A stretch of 55,303 bases of DNA from Candidatus Methanophaga sp. AG-394-G06 (GTDB taxonomy: Archaea > Halobacteriota > Syntropharchaeia > Alkanophagales > Methanospirareceae). Positions 14,620 to 23,535 of the stretch are shown here, piece by piece. Each line of letters begins with the position of its first letter. Position 1 is the first letter of the stretch. Where the stretch lies: assembly GCA_009903405.1 (NCBI GenBank), contig PRCZ01000004.1, positions 1 to 55,303 of the forward strand, written 5' to 3'. The notes beneath the pieces were generated by a model. That model ran no database searches. It had not been told where the DNA came from and saw nothing but the letters and a program-made list of their open reading frames with translations. Both the position numbers and the translations under genes were made by a program.

Positions 14620-15675
14620 ATGAAAGGCTTAATACTATCAGGCGGATACGGAACAAGATTAAGGCCAATCACATACTCCCAGCAAAAACAGCTAATACCT
14701 GTTGCAAACAAGCCAATCCTATTTTATGCCATTGAAGACGTAATAGAAGCAGGAGCAAAAGAGATAGGCATCATTGTAGGACCAAATAAAGAACAGGTCA
14801 TGGAAACTGTTAGATCGGTCGATTGGAATGCAGATATAGATTTTATTTATCAAGGCGAACCAAAAGGGTTAGCACATACAATCCTCATTGCCAAAAATTT
14901 TTTAGATGACGAATTCGTCATGTACTTAGGCGATAACATTTTGCGAGAAGGGATTGCAGAACACGCAAATAAGTTTAAAGCGAACAATTATGATGCAAGC
15001 ATAATGCTTACGGAAGTTGAAAATCCACAGGAATTTGGAGTTGCGGATATTAACGAAGATGGAACGATAAAACGACTTGTAGAAAAGCCAAAAGATCCAC
15101 CAAGCAATCTTGCTTTAGTTGGTATTTACTTCTTCAAACTAGCCATATTAGAAGCGTGCAAGAGCATAAAACCTTCATGGCGTGATGAACTTGAAATTAC
15201 AGATGCAATCCAATGGCTCATTGAAAAGGGATACGAAGTGGGATGGACAAAAGTGGAAGACTGGTGGAAAGACACAGGCAAACCGGACGACATCTTTGAA
15301 GCTAACAGATTAATTTTAGATGATTTAGCACACGAGATAAGAGGTGTGGTAAAGGGTGGAGAGATTAGAGGAAGAGTTTCAATAGATACAGGAACAATAG
15401 TAAACGAGAAATCGGTGATAAAAGGTCCTGCACTCATAGGAAGAGATTGTCTTATAAGAGATAGCTATATCGGGCCTTATACAAGTATAGGTAATAACTG
15501 CGAGATATTGAACTCCGAAGTGGAAGATTCGGTAGTGATGGATGGTGCAAAGCTTATAAACGCCGGAAATATTGTTGATAGTATGATTGGAAGAGGTGCA
15601 GTAATAGAGAAGAACAAAAGATTACCAAAAGGGAGTAAATTTATTATTGGTGATAACTCATGGGTGCGGATATGA
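14620..15675 (+). CDS. rmlA: glucose-1-phosphate thymidylyltransferase, long form with a C-terminal beta-helix
   Basis: LSGGYGTRLRPIT (GxGTRLxPxT) and a hexapeptide-repeat C-terminus. First gene of the rml set. Confidence 0.8.
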   Translation: MKGLILSGGYGTRLRPITYSQQKQLIPVANKPILFYAIEDVIEAGAKEIGIIVGPNKEQVMETVRSVDWNADIDFIYQGEPKGLAHTILIAKNFLDDEFVMYLGDNILREGIAEHANKFKANNYDASIMLTEVENPQEFGVADINEDGTIKRLVEKPKDPPSNLALVGIYFFKLAILEACKSIKPSWRDELEITDAIQWLIEKGYEVGWTKVEDWWKDTGKPDDIFEANRLILDDLAHEIRGVVKGGEIRGRVSIDTGTIVNEKSVIKGPALIGRDCLIRDSYIGPYTSIGNNCEILNSEVEDSVVMDGAKLINAGNIVDSMIGRGAVIEKNKRLPKGSKFIIGDNSWVRI

Positions 15676-16661
15676 AGATACTTGTAACTGGTGGATTGGG
15701 ATTCATAGGGAGCAATTTTGTAAGGTGGAGGATAGAAGAAGCCGGAGCGAATGTTGATGACATCGTTGTAGTTGACGCATTAAAATACGGCTCCAACGAG
15801 AACAATTTGGGGGATTTAGATTGCAAATTCGTTAAAGGCAATATTTGCGATTATGAGTTAATAGCAGAGCTTGTTAAGGAGACGGATGTAATAGTGAACT
15901 TTGCGGCAGAGACGCACGTTGACAGAAGCATATCAAATCCTTATGCGTTTATCGAAAGCAATGTAATCAGCACTTATACGATATTAGAAGCGATGCGAAA
16001 AGCTAATTCAGAGGCAAAGCTTGTTCATGTAAGCACAGATGAGGTTTATGGAGATATAGATAAAGGCTCTTTCAAGGAAGAAGATATGCTAAAACCTTCT
16101 TCTCCATATTCAGCGAGTAAAGCTTCCGCAGATCTGCTTGTTCTGGCTTATGTGAGAACTTTTGGGCTGAATGCGGTGATTACTAGATGCACAAATAATT
16201 ATGGCCCTTACCAATTCCCGGAGAAGTTAATTCCCAAGGCGATATTAAGAGCGAAAATGGATATGAAGATACCGATTTATGGAACTGGGAAGAACGTGAG
16301 GGACTGGATTTACGTTAATGATCACTGTGAAGCAATAAATTTGGCTTTGAAGAAAGGGGAAAGAGGCGAAATATATAATGTTTCGAGCGGTGATGAAAAA
16401 AGTAATTTAGAGGTTGTGAATGAAATCGTAGACATAATAGGCAAAAAGGATTTCATAGAATTTGTAGAAGACAGACCCGGACATGATATAAGATACAGCC
16501 TGGATTCATCAAAAATCAGAAAATTGGGCTGGAAGTCCAAGCATAGCTACAAAAAAGGATTGAAAGAAACCGTTGAGTGGTATCTAGAGAATGAGTGGTG
16601 GTGGAAACCTTTAGCTGAAGAGAAAGTCTTGCATCCAACGCCCTGGAAATTGGACTGGTAG
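15672..16661 (+). CDS. rmlB: dTDP-glucose 4,6-dehydratase
   Basis: MKILVTGGLGFIGSNF, STDEVYG and YSASKASAD. The ATG overlaps the rmlA stop (ATGA). An alternative upstream start lies at 15660. Confidence 0.9.
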   Translation: MKILVTGGLGFIGSNFVRWRIEEAGANVDDIVVVDALKYGSNENNLGDLDCKFVKGNICDYELIAELVKETDVIVNFAAETHVDRSISNPYAFIESNVISTYTILEAMRKANSEAKLVHVSTDEVYGDIDKGSFKEEDMLKPSSPYSASKASADLLVLAYVRTFGLNAVITRCTNNYGPYQFPEKLIPKAILRAKMDMKIPIYGTGKNVRDWIYVNDHCEAINLALKKGERGEIYNVSSGDEKSNLEVVNEIVDIIGKKDFIEFVEDRPGHDIRYSLDSSKIRKLGWKSKHSYKKGLKETVEWYLENEWWWKPLAEEKVLHPTPWKLDW

Positions 16662-16764
16662 GAGCAGCTAAAATGACTTTCGAGTTTAAAAAGTTGGAAA
16701 TTCCTGATGTTATCCTGATAAAACCAACGGTCTTTGAGGACGAAAGAGGTTTTTTCATGGAAAC

Positions 16765-18636
16765 GAGGCTGTCCAACAATTACCAAACAACCAACAGATA
16801 ATATTTCCTGCACAGATATAAAAAGCAGTTTTTCTTCTCAACACCCCTTCACTTTATAGCCATATCTAACACGAATTGCAAAAGCGCATCCTAAAAATTA
16901 ATGAATTTCGATTCCAAGCGAAAAGAAACCGAAAAGCTTTTATTGCTGCACGTACAATTATACTTAGCTTATAAAAGCGAGGTGATGACGAGAAATGGCG
17001 ATAAGGGATGATAAAATGGGGCAGTCGTGGCTATTGCCCCCTGATATTAGTGAACTCATACCGGTAGACCACATCTGCTACCTGGTTATTGCAATCGTGA
17101 ATGGCATAGATGTTAGTGAAATAGAGGAGAAGTACAGGTTCAAACCGGGCAATTCGGCGTATCCGCGGCGGATGCTGCTCCGACTGCTGGTGCAGGCGGC
17201 AATCGATGGCGTATGGTCCTCCAGAAAGATTGATAAGTTGGCGCTCGAGAACGTGGTCTACATGTACCTGGCAGGGAACGAGAAGCCCGACTTTAGAACG
17301 CTATGTAAATTCCGATCGGAGAACAAAGAGCTGATCGAGGCTACCTTCGAGAAAACCGTCACCTTTGCTAAAGCATTGGGAATAGCGAAGTTGGGTCACC
17401 TCTCGACCGATGGTACCAAGATGAAAGCCAATGCCTCAAACAGCTACACGCTGAGTAAGGAGGAGATAAAGGCGATAAGGGAGATAATAGAGCGCGGAAT
17501 CGCAATAGACGAAGAAGAGGATAAACTCTACGGGGATAAGCGGGGTGACGAGCTGCCGCCCGAACTCAATACGCAGCAGAAGATTCGTGAGAAGCTAAAA
17601 GAAATTGAACAAGCCTCTAACAGGAAATTGAGGAGTGCCGCAAAGAATATTATCGAGCAGCATGCGCTTGGTGATGAGCTGCAGAAGGAGCAGATTATTG
17701 AAAAGCTTGATAAGGCTGAAGAAGAGCTAAATACGAGTGGACAGAGATCTGTAAGTATAACTGACCCTGAAGCAAGATTTATGAAGAACAAGAAGGAGCG
17801 AATCGAATTGTCATACAACCCGCAAATCACCGTAGATCACGATTCGGGGATAATCGTTGCCAATGACGTTACACAGGATTGCACTGACCACGCGCAGTTA
17901 GAGCCGCAGGTGAATAGTACGCTGGAAAATGTGGGGGAACTGCCGGAAGGTGCAAAACTGAGCTTTGATAACGGATATTTCAGTGGTGCTAACCTGCGAT
18001 ACCTGGAGACGAACGGGTTAGACGCCTATATTCCAGACCGCAAGCAGGCGGGGGAGATGAAGGGAAATAAGCCGAAGCTGAGCCCATTCTCGAAGGATTC
18101 GTTCGATTATGACGAAGAAAAAGACCAGTTTTTATGCCCCAATGGAGGGATACTCAGCAGAAAGGGCGAATATGAGTATAACGGTAAGCAGGTGTACGCC
18201 TATTATGGTGCGAACTGTGGTGAATGCCCGTTCCGGGCGGAATGCGCGGGTGAAGGCAAAACAAGGGTGATTACCAGTGACGGCTACGAGGGTGAACGCC
18301 GTAGGATGACAGCTAAAATGCGGTCGGAGGCGGGTAAAGAGGCGTACAAAAAGCGTAAGGAGACTGTTGAATGGCCTTTCGGTAACATCAAGCAGAATCT
18401 GAAGTTCCGTGAATTCCTGACACGTGGAATAGAGAAGGTTAGGGTAGAGCATAATCTGGTATGCACAGCGCACAATTTGAAGGTAATATGGGGTAAGTTG
18501 GAGAGGAATGTGCCGATCATCAGTACGATTCGGACGTTAGTAGCTAATTCGGTATCTAAAGTAGGGAGTTTTTTACGTGTTCACGCAATAATTAACTTTA
18601 AGTGTCAGTGTTGATAATTAATTGGGGGACAGCCTC
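16765..18636 (+). mobile_element. IS element (IS1182/IS5-like), 1872 bp
   Basis: Terminal inverted repeats are GAGGCTGTCC/GGACAGCCTC. A 4-bp direct duplication AAAC lies at 16761-16764 and 18637-18640. Removing the IS restores the rmlC frame. Confidence 0.85.
16995..18614 (+). CDS. DDE transposase (IS1182/IS5 family)
   Basis: N-terminal InsH-like region (LLPPDISELIPVDHICY, RRMLLRLLV), then STDGTKMKANAS and FDNGYFS DDE-type motifs. Confidence 0.8.
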   Translation: MAIRDDKMGQSWLLPPDISELIPVDHICYLVIAIVNGIDVSEIEEKYRFKPGNSAYPRRMLLRLLVQAAIDGVWSSRKIDKLALENVVYMYLAGNEKPDFRTLCKFRSENKELIEATFEKTVTFAKALGIAKLGHLSTDGTKMKANASNSYTLSKEEIKAIREIIERGIAIDEEEDKLYGDKRGDELPPELNTQQKIREKLKEIEQASNRKLRSAAKNIIEQHALGDELQKEQIIEKLDKAEEELNTSGQRSVSITDPEARFMKNKKERIELSYNPQITVDHDSGIIVANDVTQDCTDHAQLEPQVNSTLENVGELPEGAKLSFDNGYFSGANLRYLETNGLDAYIPDRKQAGEMKGNKPKLSPFSKDSFDYDEEKDQFLCPNGGILSRKGEYEYNGKQVYAYYGANCGECPFRAECAGEGKTRVITSDGYEGERRRMTAKMRSEAGKEAYKKRKETVEWPFGNIKQNLKFREFLTRGIEKVRVEHNLVCTAHNLKVIWGKLERNVPIISTIRTLVANSVSKVGSFLRVHAIINFKCQC

Positions 18637-19144
18637 AAACATATAAAAAAGAAGATTTTGAAGAAAACGCAGGAATAAAAGGTGAATTCATTCAGGACAA
18701 CCACTCAAAATCAGAGTATGGTGTTTTAAGAGGCTTGCATTTTCAAAGAGAACCTTATGCTCAGGCTAAAATAGTTCGATGCATTAGAGGTGCGATTTAT
18801 GATGTTGCAGTTGATTTAAGAAAGAACTCACCAACCTTTGGTAACTATGCTGGTGTTAATCTTTCAGAAGACAACAAGTATCAGCTTTACATTCCCGGAG
18901 GTTGTGCTCATGGATTTTTAGTATTAAGTGATGCCGCTGAAGTCATTTATAAAGTTGACAACGTTTACGCTCCAGATTATGAGAGCGGATTAATCTGGAA
19001 CGATCCCGATGTAAATATTAGATGGCCGATTGATAATCCAATTCTCTCACCAAAAGACCGGCAGTTGCCTAGGTTGAGTGTGTTGGAGGAGCGGGGAGAG
19101 GTGTATTACAATGATGTTTTTATATAGGTATTACAAAATTTAAT

Positions 19145-19378
19145 ATGATGAGTGGTATGGAGGTCATAAGTTTTCGGATACCGAAGGAGTTGAAGGAGAG
19201 CGTAAATGAATTGGAAATCAACTGGAGCGAAGAAGTGAGAAGGTTCATAGAGGATAAGGTGAAGGAATACAAGAGGAAGAGAGCCTTGGAAGAGATAGAT
19301 ACAATGCTCAAAAATGTACCCCCGCCTGAGAAAGGAACAGCATCGAGGTATGTGAGGGAAGATCGTGATAGTCATTGA
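19145..19378 (+). CDS. vapB: VapB-like antitoxin
   Basis: ISFRIPKELKESVNEL...RKRALEEIDTML. Overlaps the downstream PIN gene by 14 nt. Confidence 0.6.
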   Translation: MMSGMEVISFRIPKELKESVNELEINWSEEVRRFIEDKVKEYKRKRALEEIDTMLKNVPPPEKGTASRYVREDRDSH

Positions 19379-19769
19379 TGCATCCACGATCGCGAAGTAT
19401 GTCCTGAAGGAAGAGCACTGGGAGCAGGTGAGGGACTATCTCACTGCTGAACCACGCTCACTGGACTTAGCGCTGGCTGAAGTTTCGAATGCTATCTGGA
19501 AGCATCAGGTGATCTACCGTAAGATATCGAGCAGTGACGCCACGTTACTCTTCGAAGCGCTGCAGAAATTAGGCGCGGATGTACTGATCCTTGAATCCTT
19601 TGCGGGGTATCTCCGCGGTGCTACTGAGATCGCGGTGAAGGAGAAGCTCACCATATACGATGCCCTTTACATCGTGCAAGCGCAGAGATATGGTCACTTC
19701 GTGACGAGTGACGACTTCCAGCGCAAGATCGCGGTGAAGCTGGGGCTCGAGGTAGTGTTTATCGAGTAA
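19365..19769 (+). CDS. vapC: PIN-domain toxin
   Basis: VIDASTIAKYVL, LAEVSNAIWK, IYDALYIVQA and FVTSDD. Confidence 0.8.
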   Translation: MIVIDASTIAKYVLKEEHWEQVRDYLTAEPRSLDLALAEVSNAIWKHQVIYRKISSSDATLLFEALQKLGADVLILESFAGYLRGATEIAVKEKLTIYDALYIVQAQRYGHFVTSDDFQRKIAVKLGLEVVFIE

Positions 19770-19797
19770 GTAGTTAGTTAAGGAGGCGGTGATAAGC

Positions 19798-20667
19798 GTG
19801 AAGGTAGCGATACTCGGTGCAAATGGTCAATTAGGCAGTGATCTGGTAGAAACATTTGGCGAGGATGCGATTCCTTTAACTAGCCGAGATTTGGATGTTA
19901 CCGATCCAGAAAGAGTGAAGATTTTGAATGTGCTTAAGCCGGATGTCATAATTAACACTGCCGCTTACGTTAGAGTTGACGATGCGGAAGTAGAAGTGGA
20001 AAAAGCATTTCAAGTCAATACGATTGGAGCTTTGAACGTTGCAAAAGTGTGTAATGAAATAGATGCAGTCAATGTTTATATCAGCACGGATTATGTTTTC
20101 GATGGCGCTAAAGGAGAACCTTATGAGGAGGGAGATGTTCCAAACCCGATAAACGTTTATGGGCTGAGTAAATACACAGGGGAGATTTTTACACGGAATT
20201 ATTCCAAGAAATATTATATAATACGTGTTGCCAGTTTGTATGGCAAAGCAGGTGCAAGAGGAAAAGGAGGTAACTTTGTGGATTTCATGATTCAGAGAGC
20301 TAAAAAAAGGGAAGGGATTAAGGTTGTTGATGACGTGTTTATGAGTCCCACATGTACTAAAGATGTTTCAATAATGCTTAAGAGGTTCTTAGATTTAGGT
20401 TTAGGTTTAGGTTTAGGTATTAAACCTGCGTTTGGGGTTTACCACATGGTTAACGAAGGTTATTGTAACTGGTATGAATTTACGAGAGAGATTTTCACTG
20501 TCTTAGGTTGGGATGCGCAAAATCAAATAATTCCTATACGGTCGAGTGAATTAAAGAGGTTGGCGAGAAGACCTATCTTTTCTGCGTTGAGGAATACGAA
20601 ACTTGACGATCTTGGATTGAAGATGAGAACTTGGAAGGATGCGTTGAGGGAATATCTGATGGAATAG
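19798..20667 (+). CDS. rmlD: dTDP-4-dehydrorhamnose reductase
   Basis: KVAILGANGQLG, STDYVFDG and YGLSKYTGE. The GTG start lies 11 nt after aggagg. The ORF track starts at 19789. Confidence 0.85.
   Translation: MKVAILGANGQLGSDLVETFGEDAIPLTSRDLDVTDPERVKILNVLKPDVIINTAAYVRVDDAEVEVEKAFQVNTIGALNVAKVCNEIDAVNVYISTDYVFDGAKGEPYEEGDVPNPINVYGLSKYTGEIFTRNYSKKYYIIRVASLYGKAGARGKGGNFVDFMIQRAKKREGIKVVDDVFMSPTCTKDVSIMLKRFLDLGLGLGLGIKPAFGVYHMVNEGYCNWYEFTREIFTVLGWDAQNQIIPIRSSELKRLARRPIFSALRNTKLDDLGLKMRTWKDALREYLME
20395..20418 (+). repeat. (TTAGGT)x4 in-frame microsatellite inside rmlD
   Basis: Encodes LGLGLGLG within LDLGLGLGLGIKP. Confidence 0.9.
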
Positions 20668-20682
20668 AAGAGGTGGAGATAA

Positions 20683-20733
20683 GTGGAGGGAAGAGGGCTA
20701 AAGGCGAGAGGCAAAGGGGACAAGGCGAAAGAC
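20683..20733. repeat. P-type heptamer array, G-rich strand (left arm of the four-helix-bundle cassette)
   Basis: ggctaaaggcgagaggcaaaggggacaaggcgaaagac is heptamer-phased and imperfectly complementary to 21093-21125. Confidence 0.7.
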
Positions 20734-20735
20734 TA

Positions 20736-21107
20736 ATGAGTAAAGGAGGTTTTAAAGAACTTAGGGTTTGGCAGAAGGGTAAAGACCTTGCTGTTTACAT
20801 CTATCGAATAACAAACACTGGCGATTTTGCAAAGGATTATGGTTTAAGAGATCAAATCAGGCGTGCGGTAGTTTCTATTCCGAGTAACATTGCAGAAGGC
20901 GATGAGAGAGAAACTGATAAAGAGGCTGTTCGGTACTTTTACATTGCTAAAGGGTCATCTGCTGAAGTGTTGACACAGGCAACTATTGCCTTTGAAATAG
21001 GCTATATCCCAAAAGAGACATTTTTTGAGATAGAGAAAGGGTGTATAGAAATATCAAGTATGCTTTCAAAATTGATTTCGGCACGGTCGAAGACCTTTTG
21101 CCCTTAG
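20736..21107 (+). CDS. four-helix-bundle protein (23S rRNA intervening-sequence protein family, Avd-like)
   Basis: 123 aa. Contains FKELRVWQKGKDL, IPSNIAEG and YIAKGSSAEV. The start is taken at the ATG after the left arm rather than at 20631. Confidence 0.8.
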   Translation: MSKGGFKELRVWQKGKDLAVYIYRITNTGDFAKDYGLRDQIRRAVVSIPSNIAEGDERETDKEAVRYFYIAKGSSAEVLTQATIAFEIGYIPKETFFEIEKGCIEISSMLSKLISARSKTFCP

Positions 21108-21236
21108 CCATTTGCCTTTTAGCCAAACCAGAAGGAAAAGCGGCAGGTAAATTGATTTCGGCACGCTTGAAAACCTTTAACCCTTTGCCATTCGCCATTT
21201 GCCCATGATCACCCATTACGCATCACCCATTCCCGA
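21090..21236. repeat. right arm: P array, duplicated gene tail, second P array, H array
   Basis: A P array (accttttgcccttagccatttgccttttagcc) is followed at 21149-21178 by a repeat of the last codons (aaattgatttcggcacg). Then come ccctttgccattcgccatttgccc and atgatcacccattacgcatcacccattcccgat. Confidence 0.75.
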
Positions 21237-21396
21237 TAGTTTTATATACCCATTGTTATATATAGCTGTATTCAATATATAATACAGAGAGGGATGCAAC
21301 CACCAAATGCATGAACTAGTAGTAAATAGAAGGAAAAGAAAAGAAAACCGCATAGAACAGCGACAATCACCGCGGAAGAACGGCAAATAAAAATAA

Positions 21397-22386
<990 letters not shown>

Positions 22387-22389
22387 AAC

Positions 22390-22720
22390 ATCCCTCTCTT
22401 TTTTATCTTGAATACCCTTGAATATAGTTGGACGTATTTGCAGAAAGAAAATTTTCGATCCGGAATGTGCTGAATCAATGCTTTAATGAACTCTCGCACC
22501 TCCATTGTCACGAAATTGCATCCCTGTTGCGATTGTCCTCGAATATGTGTCTAACCGTGAGAGGGGCATCAATAGTAAGACCGAGGAGAAGTATAAGGAG
22601 GTATGTTCCGGGTGTGAATATGTCTATATGCATTAGTTAGAGGCATGGTTGGATGGTTACATTAATTGACGCGGAGCGAACGCGGGGTTATAGTTTATTG
22701 AGCCTCTGGAAGCATGTCTA
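22390..22720 (-). pseudogene. possible transposase remnant (Y2/IS91-like C-terminal region)
   Basis: Reverse frames read TVRHIFEDNRNRDAIS, then (frameshift) TMEVREFIKALIQHIPDRKFS...YVQLYSR. The resemblance is weak. Confidence 0.3.
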
Positions 22721-23058
22721 AACATCCTTTAATAGCAAATTCAGTCATTAATTCTGCCCGTTTTCCCCATAATTTTTGTTATAATCATCTAAAGCACATT
22801 TAAGCCCATTTTATCAGATAGAGAAAAAGAGGCACATAAAACACTCGATATGTTTAAAGAAGCGCTTAAGAAAGCCTGAACGATGGTAATTAAATTTGTT
22901 CCTCGCTTTAAGATGCCAAAAGTATCGCCCCATCGGACCTTATACTACCTTCAGCAGTAGCCTAATTAAAGCCGTAGACAAATTTTTAGTGCAAAAGAGG
23001 AAGAATTAATAGAATAAAGGTGAATTAGGGCATTGTGGTAGGCGATTCCAGAGGCTCT
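22701..23058. mobile_element. possible MITE-like element (358 bp)
   Basis: A 12-bp terminal inverted repeat gagcctctggaa/ttccagaggctc. The right end abuts the 5'-truncated DUF4258 pseudogene. No convincing ORF. Confidence 0.3.
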
Positions 23059-23062
23059 TTTA

Positions 23063-23438
23063 TATCCCCTGAAAAAGTTGTTGATGGATACTATGGACGC
23101 AAGATGGCACAGGGTTTATTAAGCGAAAATTTAATATTAAGAGTAGTATATGAATGAAGAAAAAGAGAGGGAACTTATGGTAGTTACCGTATATCCGGGC
23201 GAAAGGAGGAGATATGAATGAAGGCAAGGTATGACTGACAGGGAAGGGGACACATTGGATATGCTATTAGAGGATAAGCAGATACACTATGCGGAAGAGC
23301 ATGGACAGATAATAGTGAACTACGATGAAAGGGGGAAAATAGTTGAGATAGAGATACTAAATGCCAGTAAATTACTCGGCGGGGTTTTTAACTGAGATCC
23401 TCAAAGCTCAGGAAAGGAGGATAGTTGAAATTATATGA
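23063..23438 (+). pseudogene. decayed copy of the DUF4258-DUF2283 pair
   Basis: Collinear with 2230-2599. The 5' end is missing, with stops or frameshifts (YE*, YD*QGRGH) and a disrupted C-terminus. Confidence 0.75.
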
Positions 23439-23532
23439 CGTGATGGGTGACGAGTGATGGATATTGGGTATTGGATATTGAATAACCCATCACCGATCAC
23501 GCATTACCAATTTCCGATCACGTATTACCGAT
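23439..23532. repeat. empty H-type hairpin (G-rich arm, short loop, C-rich arm)
   Basis: cgtgatgggtgacgagtgatggatattgggtattgg faces cccatcaccgatcacgcattaccaatttccgatcacgtattaccg. It ends 3 nt before the flippase ATG. Confidence 0.75.
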
Positions 23533-23535
23533 ACC

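Larger units (their letters stand above)
16673..19127 (+). pseudogene. rmlC: dTDP-4-dehydrorhamnose 3,5-epimerase interrupted by an IS
   Basis: 16673-16764 encodes MTFEFKKLEIPDVILIKPTVFEDERGFFMET. 18637-19127 continues YKKEDF..FIQDNHSKSEYGVLRGLHFQ..AQAKIVRC. Confidence 0.85.

Noticed and set aside
20631-20735. N-terminal extension of the four-helix-bundle ORF (ORF track start at 20631)
   Set aside because: The extra 35 codons translate the G-rich heptamer arm (GGKRAKGERQRGQGER) and overlap the rmlD 3' end. The family-typical N-terminus begins at the ATG at 20736.
20736-21107. Diversity-generating retroelement, because the four-helix-bundle protein is Avd-like
   Set aside because: No reverse transcriptase gene is present. 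I found no template/variable repeat pair with adenine-specific differences anywhere in the window.
22660-22700. tRNA-like GC-rich stretch gacgcggagcgaacgcggggttatag
   Set aside because: It contains only a short palindrome (gcg...cgc). No cloverleaf arms, anticodon loop or T-loop consensus could be drawn.
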